Assembly (NCBI GenBank): GCA_963835065.1
Contig: CAWIEK010000045.1
Span: forward strand, 83,804-147,803
DNA length: 64,000 bases
Source of the DNA: an uncultured Chthonomonadaceae bacterium
Lineage (GTDB): Bacteria > Armatimonadota > Chthonomonadetes > Chthonomonadales > Chthonomonadaceae
Reading direction: 5' to 3'
The position numbers were made by a program, and so were the translations under genes. A model generated the notes under the pieces. That model saw only the letters and a program-made list of their open reading frames with translations, ran no database searches and was not told the DNA's origin. Each line of letters begins with the position of its first letter. Position 1 is the stretch's first letter. Shown here piece after piece: positions 30,536 to 40,335 of the stretch.

Positions 30536-30903
30536 AAGGCTACGTTTCTGACCTCCGCGCTCTTCTGCCTGTTACCTTTAGATTGGCAGGCCAACCTGAT
30601 ATTGCCATTGCGTGTGTTGTAGATACCGGATTCAACGGCTTTCTCACCCTGCCTTATGCGGCAATAACAGCTTTGAACCTCACGTTTATCGAAGAAATCT
30701 CTGCGAACCTTGCGTCCGACAGTGACGTAAAAGTTGACGTTTACAAGGCAACCATTATTTGGAAAGGCATGGAACGTGATGTGCGCGTACTCGCAATGGG
30801 CAAACGTCCATTGCTTGGTACAGCATTGTTAGCGGATTGTCAACTTTTGACGCAGTTCGTAGAAGGCGGTCTTGTCTCTGTGGAAGACTTGCTTGCGCCG
30901 TGA
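30532..30903 (+). CDS. Clan AA aspartic protease (AF_0612-like)
   Basis: VVDTGFNGFLTLP and PLLGTALL motifs. Confidence 0.88.
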   Translation: MKGYVSDLRALLPVTFRLAGQPDIAIACVVDTGFNGFLTLPYAAITALNLTFIEEISANLASDSDVKVDVYKATIIWKGMERDVRVLAMGKRPLLGTALLADCQLLTQFVEGGLVSVEDLLAP

Positions 30904-30926
30904 TTGAATAAATGCCTGATTGCTGC

Positions 30927-30962
30927 AACGTCCGGCCTGAATGTTCAGGCCGGACGTTTTTT
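30927..30962. terminator. Bidirectional terminator hairpin
   Basis: AACGTCCGGCCTGAA-TG-TTCAGGCCGGACGTT plus T-run between convergent genes. Confidence 0.8.
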
Positions 30963-30980
30963 GTTTCCAATTCAGGCGGA

Positions 30981-31802
30981 TCATACAGGCGCGGAAGTTT
31001 CGTCTTCCTCTTCTACCAACCATGCGCCGTGTTCATCGGTTGGAGCATCGCCGGGGAAGGTTGTTTCCCACGGACGGCGAGGGCGGCGCGGATGGCGTGG
31101 CTTCCCGTGTCTGGGCGGACGCACAATCACAATGGGCGGGCTTCCATGATAATGGTTGCGCTTGCGCTCAATTTCCTCTTCCAGCAACGCATCTGCCAGC
31201 GCTTTGCCGACTGCATAGGCAACGGGGTCACTGGCTGTAATCTGGGCAATACGCTGTTCTCGCTCCATGCGCTCCGTCGCGCTTAATACTTTGTCCAGCG
31301 CCTTGCCGTTGTGCAGCAGCGAAATCAGAATTGCGAGTTCCGGGTCTACACTGCCGTCACCCGAAATAGCCGCATGGACTTGCTTGTGCAGTTTTTCCAC
31401 GTATGCGGGTTCCAGGACGGGATAGGTCGTCCAGCGCACCACCCACAGAGCGCGATGGTCGCTTGCCGTTAAAATGCCGCGCTCCGTAAGTCGCTCCCCC
31501 AACACGCGCAAAGGTTCCGACTGGCTGTTGTACAAATGGCTTATCCACCAGGAAAGCGGCTTGCTGCGCGAGGTGGTTCCAAAGCGGACAAACACGTCGT
31601 CAATTGCGCGGTCGCCAAGCGGCTGCGTTTGCCGCACTTTAACGCGGTTGAGTTCCACTTCCAGCCGTTTCTGTCGCAGCAATTCGGCAAGCGCCGCGCC
31701 ACTAAGCAAGTAACGGAAATGGGGCTGATGCACGTCGCCCGTCCGCGGATGAACGCACAACAGCAGCAGTTGTTCCTGAAGCGTCAATTTGGTTTCCGAC
31801 AT
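30981..31802 (-). CDS. GPP34 (GOLPH3/VPS74) family protein
   Basis: LTLQEQLLLL, LSGAALAELL, RLTERGIL, TTYP. Confidence 0.85.
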   Translation of the reverse strand: MSETKLTLQEQLLLLCVHPRTGDVHQPHFRYLLSGAALAELLRQKRLEVELNRVKVRQTQPLGDRAIDDVFVRFGTTSRSKPLSWWISHLYNSQSEPLRVLGERLTERGILTASDHRALWVVRWTTYPVLEPAYVEKLHKQVHAAISGDGSVDPELAILISLLHNGKALDKVLSATERMEREQRIAQITASDPVAYAVGKALADALLEEEIERKRNHYHGSPPIVIVRPPRHGKPRHPRRPRRPWETTFPGDAPTDEHGAWLVEEEDETSAPV

Positions 31803-31816
31803 TGCAATCTCCTGAG

Positions 31817-31920
31817 TAGGCATTAGGCATTAGGCATTAGGCATTAGTGGAGGCTTCCATACACGTTCATCGCGCAAAAGGGAATAGGGAGTGTTTCTAA
31901 TGCCTAATGCCTAATGCCTA
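31817..31920. repeat. Inverted heptamer arrays (TAGGCAT)4 ... (CTAATGC)3
   Basis: Lies between the stop at 31925 and the RBS of the GPP34 gene. Confidence 0.9.
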
Positions 31921-31924
31921 CTAT

Positions 31925-33037
31925 CTACAAGCGCGGCGTTCGGGACAGCCAGCGCACTTCGCCGCGCATACGGGCGGTGAGCCAGTTGGGGTCTGCGCCG
32001 AAGCCGGTCAGCAGGGCGGCTCCCAAGCCAGCGAGGGCAAGCGCGAATTCCAGCAGCAGGCCGACGATGCCCAAACCCTGATTGATTTTGCCCAACACGA
32101 CGTTTGCCACAAAGAACGCGCCCAGGCCTAATCCAATCTGTATTCCCATACCGAGGCTGCCGCCGCGTCCGAGTCGTCGCGCCATACGTTGCCCGATACT
32201 GCGCATCCCGCATATCCAGCCGAACGCCATTGCGCCCAAACATAAGCCCGCAAAGCCCGCCGCAAAAGGCAGCCAGATAAAGTGAAACGGCGAGCGCAGC
32301 AGGCCGGAATTGAACCAGAGGGCAATCAGCATTGCGCCTGCGCCCAACACGCCGACAACAAGGCAGCGTCCGGGTTCCCGCGTCAAATTTTCCCCTGTGC
32401 GCTCCGTAGCGTGGGGCGCGACAATCAAGGCCAGCAGTCCTGCCAGACCGCCGAGCAGCATCAAAGCGAATTGCCCGCCCGCCCAATCGTCTTTAGGCTT
32501 GCTATGCGGCGCGGGGGAAACATGGAGTTGGACTGTTGGCGTTCGCGTTGGCGCGGTTACGGGTGGCACAGCAGGTTCGCTGACGACGGAATAGGTTTCC
32601 ACATCGGACAACAAATCTACGCTTTGCTGCGTGTAGCGAACCCGTCCCTGATTTTCATCTATCACGTCACCGCCGATAGCGGTCAACACATTGCCCACGC
32701 TTGCGCCCGGTTTGATGATGACATGGCAGTTGAGAGTCAGAACGTCACTAGTCACATGCCCAGACAAAATCAGCGTTTTATCGCGTACTACCAGGTAAGG
32801 CAGGGTTTGGTCGGCAGCCAGTTCATAGGGCCGTCTCCAGCCTTTTTCATGGCGCGCGTTGGGATCAACCGGCACGGGACGCAATTTCTGTTCCGTCGGA
32901 TGGGCGTTGGGATGCCATGCCTGCTCCACCGGGGGCGGCGAAGCCTGTTGGTTGTCCGCCTGCTGCGCGCCCGCCGAATAAAGATTGGCGGTCAGCAGAG
33001 AAACCAGCGCCATCAGAGCCGTAATCAGTCGGTGCAT
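31925..33037 (-). CDS. Membrane protein with bactofilin-like beta segment and multi-TM C-terminus
   Basis: Signal peptide; LSGHVTSDVLTLNCHVIIKPGASVGNVLTAIGGDV; several TM helices; downstream of an anti-sigma gene. Confidence 0.7.
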   Translation of the reverse strand: MHRLITALMALVSLLTANLYSAGAQQADNQQASPPPVEQAWHPNAHPTEQKLRPVPVDPNARHEKGWRRPYELAADQTLPYLVVRDKTLILSGHVTSDVLTLNCHVIIKPGASVGNVLTAIGGDVIDENQGRVRYTQQSVDLLSDVETYSVVSEPAVPPVTAPTRTPTVQLHVSPAPHSKPKDDWAGGQFALMLLGGLAGLLALIVAPHATERTGENLTREPGRCLVVGVLGAGAMLIALWFNSGLLRSPFHFIWLPFAAGFAGLCLGAMAFGWICGMRSIGQRMARRLGRGGSLGMGIQIGLGLGAFFVANVVLGKINQGLGIVGLLLEFALALAGLGAALLTGFGADPNWLTARMRGEVRWLSRTPRL

Positions 33038-33064
33038 CCGTATCCTTTCGTTTGTGGCTGGTGG

Positions 33065-33180
33065 TAAGTGACTGGTGATCGGTGGTTGGTGTCTGGTTGT
33101 AAAGCGTGTTGCAAACATTTTACAGCCAACGTACAAAGCCATTTTTACCAGTCACCAACCACCGATCACCAGATCACTTA
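33065..33180. repeat. ~33-bp near-perfect inverted repeat built from degenerate heptamers
   Basis: TAAGTGACTGGTGATCGGTGGTTGGTGTCTGGT versus ACCAGTCACCAACCACCGATCACCAGATCACTTA. Confidence 0.85.
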
Positions 33181-34047
33181 CAACTGCATTTGCGCATTGC
33201 GCCGGCGCGCGCTCAGATACATATAGGCGAACGCGCAAATGGCAACGTCCATGCCAAAACCTACAGCGGCGGCGGTTCCCATCGCATGATACGTGCTGTT
33301 GAGCATCGTATTCACTTGCGCCAATGCGGAAAAAATCAGGCCGAATATCCACGTCACAACCGGGACGCTGCGCAAAACGTCCGCCGCCTGGCCGAGCCAC
33401 GCGCTTGCGGTGGTGACGTTCGCGCCGAGCATTTGCCGCCCCCAGGCGGTAGACAGGAAGTAGGCGAGAATACCCGACAGCGCACTCCCCGCCGACATGC
33501 GCTGCACAAGTTGTGAGCGCGATTGCTGCGTTTGTGTCGTGGACAGGGTTTGCTGCGCAGTCTGCGTGAGCGTTTTTTGCTCCGTTGCCTGTGCCGGCGT
33601 GACTTTCGTTCTGGCCGTTGTGACAGCCTGCGCAAGCGCGTAATTTTCGGCAATCGGCTGCGGCGTCAGCGTGTGCGGCACAAGAGGCGCGTTCTGCAGT
33701 TCGATGCGCTGCATGATCAGGCCGGAAAAGTCGCGCGGCAGTTCGACGGGCGGCAGGCTTTCGACCAGCCCGACGACGTTCTGCATATCTTCCCATTCCT
33801 GCGCGCAATGGCGACACAGGGCCAGATGGCCGTGAATGCCCGCCGCTTGTTCCGGGCGAACGCTGCCGTCGTTATCCAGCAGATAGGACAACTGTTCGCA
33901 GACCCAGGCGCACAGGGCGTCCTGGGACACTTTTTGCTGTTGCTGCTGCTGGTTCGTTTCCGGCGCATTCAGGGGTGAGTTGTTCGGAGGCAGGTATTTC
34001 TTCCACGTGTGTTCCTCCGGCTCATTATGTTCAAATCTATTTTCCAT
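33178..34047 (-). CDS. Zinc-finger (zf-HC2) anti-sigma factor
   Basis: C..V.EQLSYLLD...HLALCRHC; C-terminal TM segments; overlaps the sigma gene. Confidence 0.88.
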   Translation of the reverse strand: MENRFEHNEPEEHTWKKYLPPNNSPLNAPETNQQQQQQKVSQDALCAWVCEQLSYLLDNDGSVRPEQAAGIHGHLALCRHCAQEWEDMQNVVGLVESLPPVELPRDFSGLIMQRIELQNAPLVPHTLTPQPIAENYALAQAVTTARTKVTPAQATEQKTLTQTAQQTLSTTQTQQSRSQLVQRMSAGSALSGILAYFLSTAWGRQMLGANVTTASAWLGQAADVLRSVPVVTWIFGLIFSALAQVNTMLNSTYHAMGTAAAVGFGMDVAICAFAYMYLSARRRNAQMQL

Positions 34048-34618
34048 CCGTTTCCACTTCCAAAACCGGGCGCAGGCGCTCCCGCAGCATTTCCCGCGCC
34101 CGAAATAGATGGGTTTTCACCGTACCCGTCGGCATATTCAGCGCCTGGGCAATTTCTTCTACGCTCATATCCTGCAAATGGCGCATGGTCACGACAAGCC
34201 GATAGCGTTCCGGCAAGTTTTTAATGGCGCGCTGCACCACGTCTTTAACGGAATCGCGCATTGCCGCTTCTTCGGGACCGCAGGAGCGGGCATCGGCGGC
34301 GGGTTCGCGGCCTTCCGCCAGTTCCACGTCGAGGGACAACGCGCCCTTGGCTTTGCGCGAGCGTAAATGGTCAATGCACAGGTTGGAGGCGATCTTATAC
34401 AGCCAGGTTAGAAAACTGGCGTCCTGACGGAACGTGCCAAGCGCGTTGTAAGCGCGCAAAAACGTTTCCTGCACCAGGTCACCGGCGTCTTCCGCATTGC
34501 CTAACATGCGGTACGCCAGGTTGTAGACCTGTCGCTGGTAGCGCTGCACGAGATTGTTATATGCCTGTGTATTCCCGCCTAACGTGTGCTTGACGAGTTC
34601 GGCATCCGTTTGTTCCAC
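34037..34618 (-). CDS. ECF RNA polymerase sigma factor (SigW-like)
   Basis: DAGDLVQETFLRAY, FLTWLYKIASNLCIDHLR, EIAQALNMPTGTVKTHLFRAR. Start GTG 34618 (alternative ATG 34660). Confidence 0.93.
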   Translation of the reverse strand: MEQTDAELVKHTLGGNTQAYNNLVQRYQRQVYNLAYRMLGNAEDAGDLVQETFLRAYNALGTFRQDASFLTWLYKIASNLCIDHLRSRKAKGALSLDVELAEGREPAADARSCGPEEAAMRDSVKDVVQRAIKNLPERYRLVVTMRHLQDMSVEEIAQALNMPTGTVKTHLFRAREMLRERLRPVLEVETDGK

Positions 34619-34666
34619 CAGCGTGATCGTCCTCGTTTCCCCCTTTACGAGCGCTTTCATGCCGAC

Positions 34667-34693
34667 TACGTACACAGGAGAAGATGGGTTTCG
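34667..34693 (-). promoter_or_regulatory. Putative ECF autoregulatory promoter
   Basis: Minus strand CGAAAC-17 bp-CGTA, resembling SigW-type promoters. Confidence 0.6.
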
Positions 34694-35043
34694 TAAATTT
34701 TGTTCTTTATTGTCCACCGAACGCTGCCTTTTTCTGCGTTACCGCAGAAGCGCATGGCCTTGCCATGTCCACGAAGCCTGAAGGAACGCGAAGAAGCGGC
34801 GGGAAAGAACGGCGTTGTCGCTTTCCACCGCGCTTCTATGGCATTAGACGCGCCACTCCCCGCTATGCTACCATGCGCCGACAACATTTTCTTTTTGTGC
34901 CGTCTATCTCCAATGCTGCTAACGTAACGCCCCTGCTGCCGCGCCGACGGATCGCTATAATGACGCATACCGGCGACAATCGCGCCAATTGAATTGCGGG
35001 TGATCTAACCCTGATAATTTCGGACAGGGTGAAATCAGCCTCA

Positions 35044-35646
35044 TTATGAGGCGCGGTAAGTTCGCTCGATCAGCGCGTCCACATCCCGTACATCGGCAAT
35101 GTTGTCGAACCCCACAGTTACGGTTGTCGTGCCGCCCTGACCGGTAGAGCGCGTAGTCGTGAGATGGGTAAAGACAAGTGAACCGGAACCATCCGGGTTT
35201 TGCGCGCGCGTCCGGTCGGTCAGATGCTCCGGCGGGATGCTGCGCACCGAGATGCCATTGCGCCAGGTGGGAGACAAAATGAGGGCGCGTTTGTCGGTGA
35301 TGGCATAAACGATCTTCTGCGCCCTGCGCCGCATCCAGTAGGGCGAGGAAAGCATGCCCACTCCTATAAGGACGAATGGCAAGCCGAACAGAGGAAAAAA
35401 CAGCGGGAACAAGTTGATCGGAAACGGCTCCGGGTGTGACGGGGCATGGCGCGTAATTCCAAACGCCATGACAACCCAAAACACGCTGAACGCTGTCCAG
35501 GGAATGCCAAACAGGACGAGGGGAAGGCTTCCCTGACCGGCGCGATTGGCAATCGGCTGTCCGGTCCACAGCAGTTTTTCACCGCTGTTCAATTCAGAGC
35601 GCAGCATTGCTTCCGTTTCTAATGGCAGGGGGGCGGATGGCATCAT
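35044..35646 (-). CDS. Two-TM membrane protein with bacterial PH-like domain
   Basis: EL..GEKLLWTGQP, FGIPWTAFSVFW, YAITDKRAL, DGSGSL. Confidence 0.8.
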   Translation of the reverse strand: MMPSAPLPLETEAMLRSELNSGEKLLWTGQPIANRAGQGSLPLVLFGIPWTAFSVFWVVMAFGITRHAPSHPEPFPINLFPLFFPLFGLPFVLIGVGMLSSPYWMRRRAQKIVYAITDKRALILSPTWRNGISVRSIPPEHLTDRTRAQNPDGSGSLVFTHLTTTRSTGQGGTTTVTVGFDNIADVRDVDALIERTYRAS

Positions 35647-35832
35647 GGGACTTTCTCCTCTCAGCAATTTTCTTGATCCTTTTATTCCAGTTTTCTCTTG
35701 CTTTTTCCTGCTATACTTGCAATAACAAGCATAGAAAGGAGAGGGATTATGCTGATTGCGTTCTGCGCCTGCTTGATCCATTTACTGATGCCGCCAACAT
35801 ACGGATTTATTTTGCGGCAAGTGGCGCAAGCA

Positions 35833-36118
35833 AAGGATGAAGGATGAAGGATGAGGGATGAAGAAAAAAGAGTATGTAGAGTCATCGTCGAAATCTTGGC
35901 AATACAGCGCTTCCAGCCCGATGTCTCGTTGTGTCAGGTTGTAGGAGAGAGGCATCGTGACCTCGTAAGCGTCAGGGCGAACGGGAGAGGTGAAACATAG
36001 GCTCTGCACCTCCCTTCTTGTATGGGTTGTACTTATCTTTATAGTAGACGTTTGTACTATTTGGACAGGCTGAACGGGTAAAAGGTTCACCTTTTTTCGC
36101 GTGGTTTGGCTCTTTTTT
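35833..36118 (-). ncRNA. Putative small RNA / sORF cassette, copy 2
   Basis: See copy 1 at 13089-13337. An (AGGATGA)n array lies at its left (plus-strand) edge. Confidence 0.5.
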
Positions 36119-36266
36119 CTGTCTTTTTTATCACTCTCCTTAAGAACGTGCTTGGCCCTCCATTCCTCGGAGTGGGTTTGAGCAGAGCAACAAAGGTATA
36201 AATGCCCCGGAAATGTATTTTGTCTCTGGCAGCAGGATTTTGGCCGGCGGCGGCGAATGGAAAGAT

Positions 36267-37052
36267 ATGAAACATCGTCGGCTACTAATTCTCTCGTTGC
36301 TGGTTGTCGCGCTGCTGGTGGGCGGCTGTGGGCTGTGGGTGTGGCAGGCAAAACGGCAGTACGCGCTTAATCGGGAGTTGATTGCGGCCTTGCTGCACGG
36401 CGATAGCAAACAGTCTCTTGTTCTTGTGGAACAGGGAGCCGACCCCAACACACGTGAGGAACCAACGCCCGCACCTTCGTTCAAACTGTTGCTTGACCAG
36501 TTCCTAAATCCTTCACCGCCTGTCAACAACAGCCCTACCGCGCTAATGTTTGCCTGTGGCGTAATCCCTGACTTAACGAAGGAAAGGTCATTCCCTCTGG
36601 TTCCTCTGGCTGAAAACTTGCTCTTGATTCAGGCGATGTTGACACACGGCGCGAACGTTCATGCCAGATATGGTGAGATGACGGCGCTTCAGGATGCTGC
36701 CGACGCGGGACGATGGCATACGGTAGAGTTGCTCTTACAACACGGCGCAGATGCCACCTGTCAAGGTGAATTGGGGACAACCCCGTTGCGGACGGCTATA
36801 TCGAAGGACAGTATAAGCGCCGTGCGTCTCCTGCTGGCACATGGCGCAAACCCGAATGTGCAGGATGGAGAAGGAAAAGCAGCCCTGCATTACACTCTGT
36901 TCATGTTCATGCCAAATGCTAAAAACGTGATTGTTGAACTGATGGGGTACGGGGCTGACCCGAACCTTGCGGACAAGAACGGCGTCACCCCGCTCCAATA
37001 TGCGCAAGCACGACCAGACGTTGTGGCGCTGCTGCAAAATGGCGCAAAGTAG
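36267..37052 (+). CDS. Membrane-anchored ankyrin repeat protein
   Basis: TM helix then TALMFA, GMTALQDA, GTTPLRTA, GADPNLADKNGVTPL. Confidence 0.92.
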   Translation: MKHRRLLILSLLVVALLVGGCGLWVWQAKRQYALNRELIAALLHGDSKQSLVLVEQGADPNTREEPTPAPSFKLLLDQFLNPSPPVNNSPTALMFACGVIPDLTKERSFPLVPLAENLLLIQAMLTHGANVHARYGEMTALQDAADAGRWHTVELLLQHGADATCQGELGTTPLRTAISKDSISAVRLLLAHGANPNVQDGEGKAALHYTLFMFMPNAKNVIVELMGYGADPNLADKNGVTPLQYAQARPDVVALLQNGAK

Positions 37053-37080
37053 CACAAGGGCAGAGGCTGGAGGCGCAGGG

Positions 37081-37512
37081 ATGGAGACGAAACCGGGCAA
37101 GCGGATTGTAAGCAAGAGGGCGTATGTGAAGGCGCAGGGGCAGAAAGTAGGAGCCTCTACATTCGGGTTGCTGTTGCTTTTCGTTGGGTTCATAGGCTTG
37201 CTGACGATAGGGATTGTGTTGCCTTCAACGACCAGCGTTTTAGCCGGTCTACTGGTTTTCGGGGGTGTTGGTGGCGCATCGCTGTATCTGGGCTATTTAG
37301 GCGGGCGAACTATGAAAGAGGCTAGGCAGATAGACCCAGGCGTTCCCCTTACTCGTGCCAACACTGCCGACCTACCAGCCCCCGACAGTCTGGTACGCGC
37401 TTCTTCGGAGCCAATGCAGGCACAAGAGACTGTGTTACTCAGAGCGGCAGAAGCAGGGCAGGAGAGGCACAAGGAGCAGTTGTTAAGGGCAGTGACAGGA
37501 AATGATGATTAG
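37081..37512 (+). CDS. Two-TM protein with triple L[LV]RA tail
   Basis: GGAGG RBS, two TM helices, SLVRASSEP..VLLRAA..QLLRA. Confidence 0.8.
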   Translation: METKPGKRIVSKRAYVKAQGQKVGASTFGLLLLFVGFIGLLTIGIVLPSTTSVLAGLLVFGGVGGASLYLGYLGGRTMKEARQIDPGVPLTRANTADLPAPDSLVRASSEPMQAQETVLLRAAEAGQERHKEQLLRAVTGNDD

Positions 37513-37524
37513 GAGGTTTCGGGA

Positions 37525-38007
37525 ATGAAGCAGAAGCCGGGCGAGTTGAGGGTGAGTAAAATACCGAGTCGCAACCCCACGACACCAGTACATCGAGAGA
37601 CACAGAAAATGGGCACGGCGCTCTCTGCTGCTGTTCGCCAGTGGGTGGGAGTGGTAAGCATCTGCCTCTGTCTATGGGCTTGTATGTCTCCGTTATTCTA
37701 TGAGCAATTCTATCGCACGGCGGCAGGAAAAGGCAATTTCATCAATTGGCTGTTTTGGCTCGCCTGCATCCTCGGTTTCCTGCTGTTATTTTCGGTATCC
37801 GCAACCCGTCAGGTTATTGTAGAAACGCGAAAGCAGTATTTCCCTCCCACTAATACCAACAACGCCGACCTGCCCGCGCATCAAACTCTGGTACGCGCTT
37901 CTTCGGAGCCGTTGCAGGCACAGGAGGCCGTGTTACTGAGAGCCGCTGCAGAGGGGATTGAGACGCCGCCAGAGGAATTGATGCGGGCGTCTGTGGGGCA
38001 GGAGTGA
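37525..38007 (+). CDS. Two-TM protein with triple L[LVM]RA tail (paralog)
   Basis: AGGAGG RBS; TLVRASSEP..VLLRAA..ELMRAS. Confidence 0.8.
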   Translation: MKQKPGELRVSKIPSRNPTTPVHRETQKMGTALSAAVRQWVGVVSICLCLWACMSPLFYEQFYRTAAGKGNFINWLFWLACILGFLLLFSVSATRQVIVETRKQYFPPTNTNNADLPAHQTLVRASSEPLQAQEAVLLRAAAEGIETPPEELMRASVGQE

Positions 38008-38555
38008 GGGCGCAAATGGAAGACTGGCTGTCGCGCTTCTGGTATCGGTTCAAGAACTGGTTTCGCACAAAGCCGGGGGCGGAAGAGCCGCTGCGGTTTC
38101 TGTGCGGGTCGGAGGAGGAACTGCGGCGGGTGACGATGTGGATATGCCATGTTCGTCCTCACCTTTTCGATGCTGGAAAAAAGATTACGGTTGATTACTG
38201 GTCGCCCTCCCCGGAAAAAGCAGGGGGCGGGGCTATAGAAGGGTTTTGGGACGATGACTGGTATTTACACATTGATGTGGTACCCACCTCTGAATATGAA
38301 TTCAGTTGGCAATGGTGTTCTTTGGTGTTTAAGCACAATGCGTTTGCGGGTTTCTGCAGGCTCGCTGCCCATCCGTACTTTTTTTCGCGCAGGCATGTTG
38401 TAGAAATACAGATTAATCTCAAGGTTATAGTGCATCCTCCTTCCGCCCACGAACGCGCCGAAGCCCTGCTTGCCCTTTCCGAATGGCTCGACGGCAAAGT
38501 GAGCGAGGAGGAAAAGCGTGAATTGCTGCAACTGCCCGATGATATGGAAGTATGA
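38004..38555 (+). CDS. Hypothetical protein
   Basis: Start overlaps the upstream stop; no recognised motif. Confidence 0.6.
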   Translation: MRAQMEDWLSRFWYRFKNWFRTKPGAEEPLRFLCGSEEELRRVTMWICHVRPHLFDAGKKITVDYWSPSPEKAGGGAIEGFWDDDWYLHIDVVPTSEYEFSWQWCSLVFKHNAFAGFCRLAAHPYFFSRRHVVEIQINLKVIVHPPSAHERAEALLALSEWLDGKVSEEEKRELLQLPDDMEV

Positions 38556-38621
38556 AGTTTACATGCCGACTCTGATGTACGCGCTGATTTAGCCCACACG
38601 ATCCGCGCCGCCTCAACGACA

Positions 38622-38652
38622 AAGGGGAACAAGGCTAAACACCTTGTTCCCC
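38622..38652. terminator. Hairpin / terminator
   Basis: AGGGGAACAAGG-CTAAACA-CCTTGTTCCCCT. Confidence 0.6.
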
Positions 38653-38803
38653 TTCCTCTGCCGTGTTGGTATTGGCACAGGAGTTTTAGGGTACACTCTC
38701 GAAATGCCGCTGTATTCACCGCGCGACTTTTAAGCCTCACCATGAAAGTTGTCACTCTGGCAAGCAGCCACTTGCCGCAAATCTATTAACCTGCGGAGTA
38801 AAC

Positions 38804-39507
38804 GTGTTACCTGCTCCTCTCCTATGGAAGCCAACATCGTTTCAGGAATTCATTGAAAATTTTGGAACGAGTACCGGCGCGGCACACGTTACAACGGATG
38901 CTGGCCCGGCCTACTTGAAAGCAATGGGCAATCCAATAGGGCCTCATACCCTTGCTTCAGAATGGGTAGGAACACAGCTTGCTCGCCTGTTCAAGTTGCA
39001 AACATTTGATGCAGCCCTGCTCGTTATTGATTCGACAACCGATGAAATACCCTTTCCAAAAGGCGGATTCGCGCAGTCAGGGCCAGCCTTCTGCACACGA
39101 GCCGAGGCAGGGCGGCCTTGGAGTGGTTCGACGCAAGACTTGGATAAACTCGACAACTTACAGGATGTTACCCGGTTTCCTGAATTCAAGAGGTTTCTGC
39201 GGCGAGATGTGCTGCTCATCTGTCTAAGAACCTATCCCAGTAGGCCGGGTATTGAAAATACCCGGCAGGAAAGTGCAAGCGTCTTTCAGACGCGAATTCG
39301 CGCCTATCGGGATAGGCTCTAAGTGACTTACGGAATGTAAAGATCGAACACATCAAGCCGATTGTTGCGTCTATTCCTCAGCAGTGGGAAGTTGATAGGG
39401 ATGTAAGAGAAGCGCTCGTTGAATTCATAGTTGGCAGAGCGCGCTACCTTGCCGATAATATGCTGAACATTACCGAACGCGACTACGGAACCTTGTTTCA
39501 ACTTTAA
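38804..39507 (+). pseudogene. HipA-like kinase pseudogene (MITE insertion plus apparent catalytic-core deletion)
   Basis: AYLKAMGNPIGPHTLASEWVGTQLAR. Removing the MITE and one TAA restores the frame to ...SIPQQWEV..REALVEFIVGRARYL...FQL*. Confidence 0.8.
39228..39319. mobile_element. 92-bp MITE, copy 2, TAA target duplication
   Basis: GAACCTATCCCAGTAGG...CCTATCGGGATAGGCTC with TAA at 39225-39227 and 39320-39322. Confidence 0.9.
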
Positions 39508-39534
39508 TCGCGTAGTGAAGAAAGGAGAAAACCC

Positions 39535-40335
39535 ATGTCAGCGACACGAGGCTATTATAGTGTCATGCAATACTGTCCCGATGCCTCGCGTTTGGAAGCC
39601 GCCAATGTCGGCGTCGTCCTGTTTTGCCCGGAACGTCACTTCTTACAGGTAAAAGTGGTAGAGGGCAATGACCGTATCGCCCGGTTCTTTGGACGCGCCA
39701 GTTTCGACGCGGAGCGGGTAAACGACGCCAAACAAGCTATTGTAGACCGCCTGCATACAGAGCGTGAGCAGTTTCGCACTCTGGAGGACTGGACGCAGTT
39801 TGTCGAGACGCGCGCCAATGCCATTCGGCTTACTCCCCCGCGCCCCTTGAAGGTCGTAGAGCCGGTGACTGATCTGGAGCGCCTTTTCGACAAGTTGGTA
39901 GGCGCGCGGCAGCCCCAGGCGAGTCCGGGCACAGGACACTTGCGAACAGAACTCCGCAAGCTATTCAGCCGTCCTGACTTAAAGAACAAGATTTTGAAGA
40001 ACGAGCAGGTACGGGTTCCTGTCACCGGAACCGTGCTGCAAGCGCCGTATGCCTTTAGAAATGGGGTGCTGAACCTTGTGCGCCCACTGACAATGACAGC
40101 AAACACAATGACTGAGGCGACCAAACTTGTCGTAGACGGAAATCTGCTGAATAAGCATCCGCAGGATATGCAGGAGCCTGCCAAACTGCTGATTGCCATT
40201 GCCGCGCCTGAAAGCGCAGAAAGCAGAAAACAGCGGGAAACCTTGGAGCGACTGTTTGCAGATTACAATGTGACTTCTTACCGCGAGGAGCAATTGGACG
40301 AGTTAGCCGAATATGTAAAGACTGCTGCTCACTGA
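39535..40335 (+). CDS. DUF3037 domain protein
   Basis: GYYSVMQYCPDASRLEAANVGVVLFCPE ... IRLTPPR ... LERLFDKLV; follows the HipA-like gene. Confidence 0.88.
   Translation: MSATRGYYSVMQYCPDASRLEAANVGVVLFCPERHFLQVKVVEGNDRIARFFGRASFDAERVNDAKQAIVDRLHTEREQFRTLEDWTQFVETRANAIRLTPPRPLKVVEPVTDLERLFDKLVGARQPQASPGTGHLRTELRKLFSRPDLKNKILKNEQVRVPVTGTVLQAPYAFRNGVLNLVRPLTMTANTMTEATKLVVDGNLLNKHPQDMQEPAKLLIAIAAPESAESRKQRETLERLFADYNVTSYREEQLDELAEYVKTAAH

Noticed and set aside
36166..36183. CCTCGGAGTGGGTTTGAG as the att copy of the tRNA-Met 3' end
   Set aside because: Similarity to GCGGAAGAGGGACTTGAA is too weak to call.
35782..36351. 189-aa ORF through cassette copy 2 (RPDAYEVTMPLSYNLTQRDIGLEALYCQDFD)
   Set aside because: In copy 1 this frame has no start and a different end, and differences between copies are non-synonymous in it. 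It is plausible only as a +1 frameshift product.
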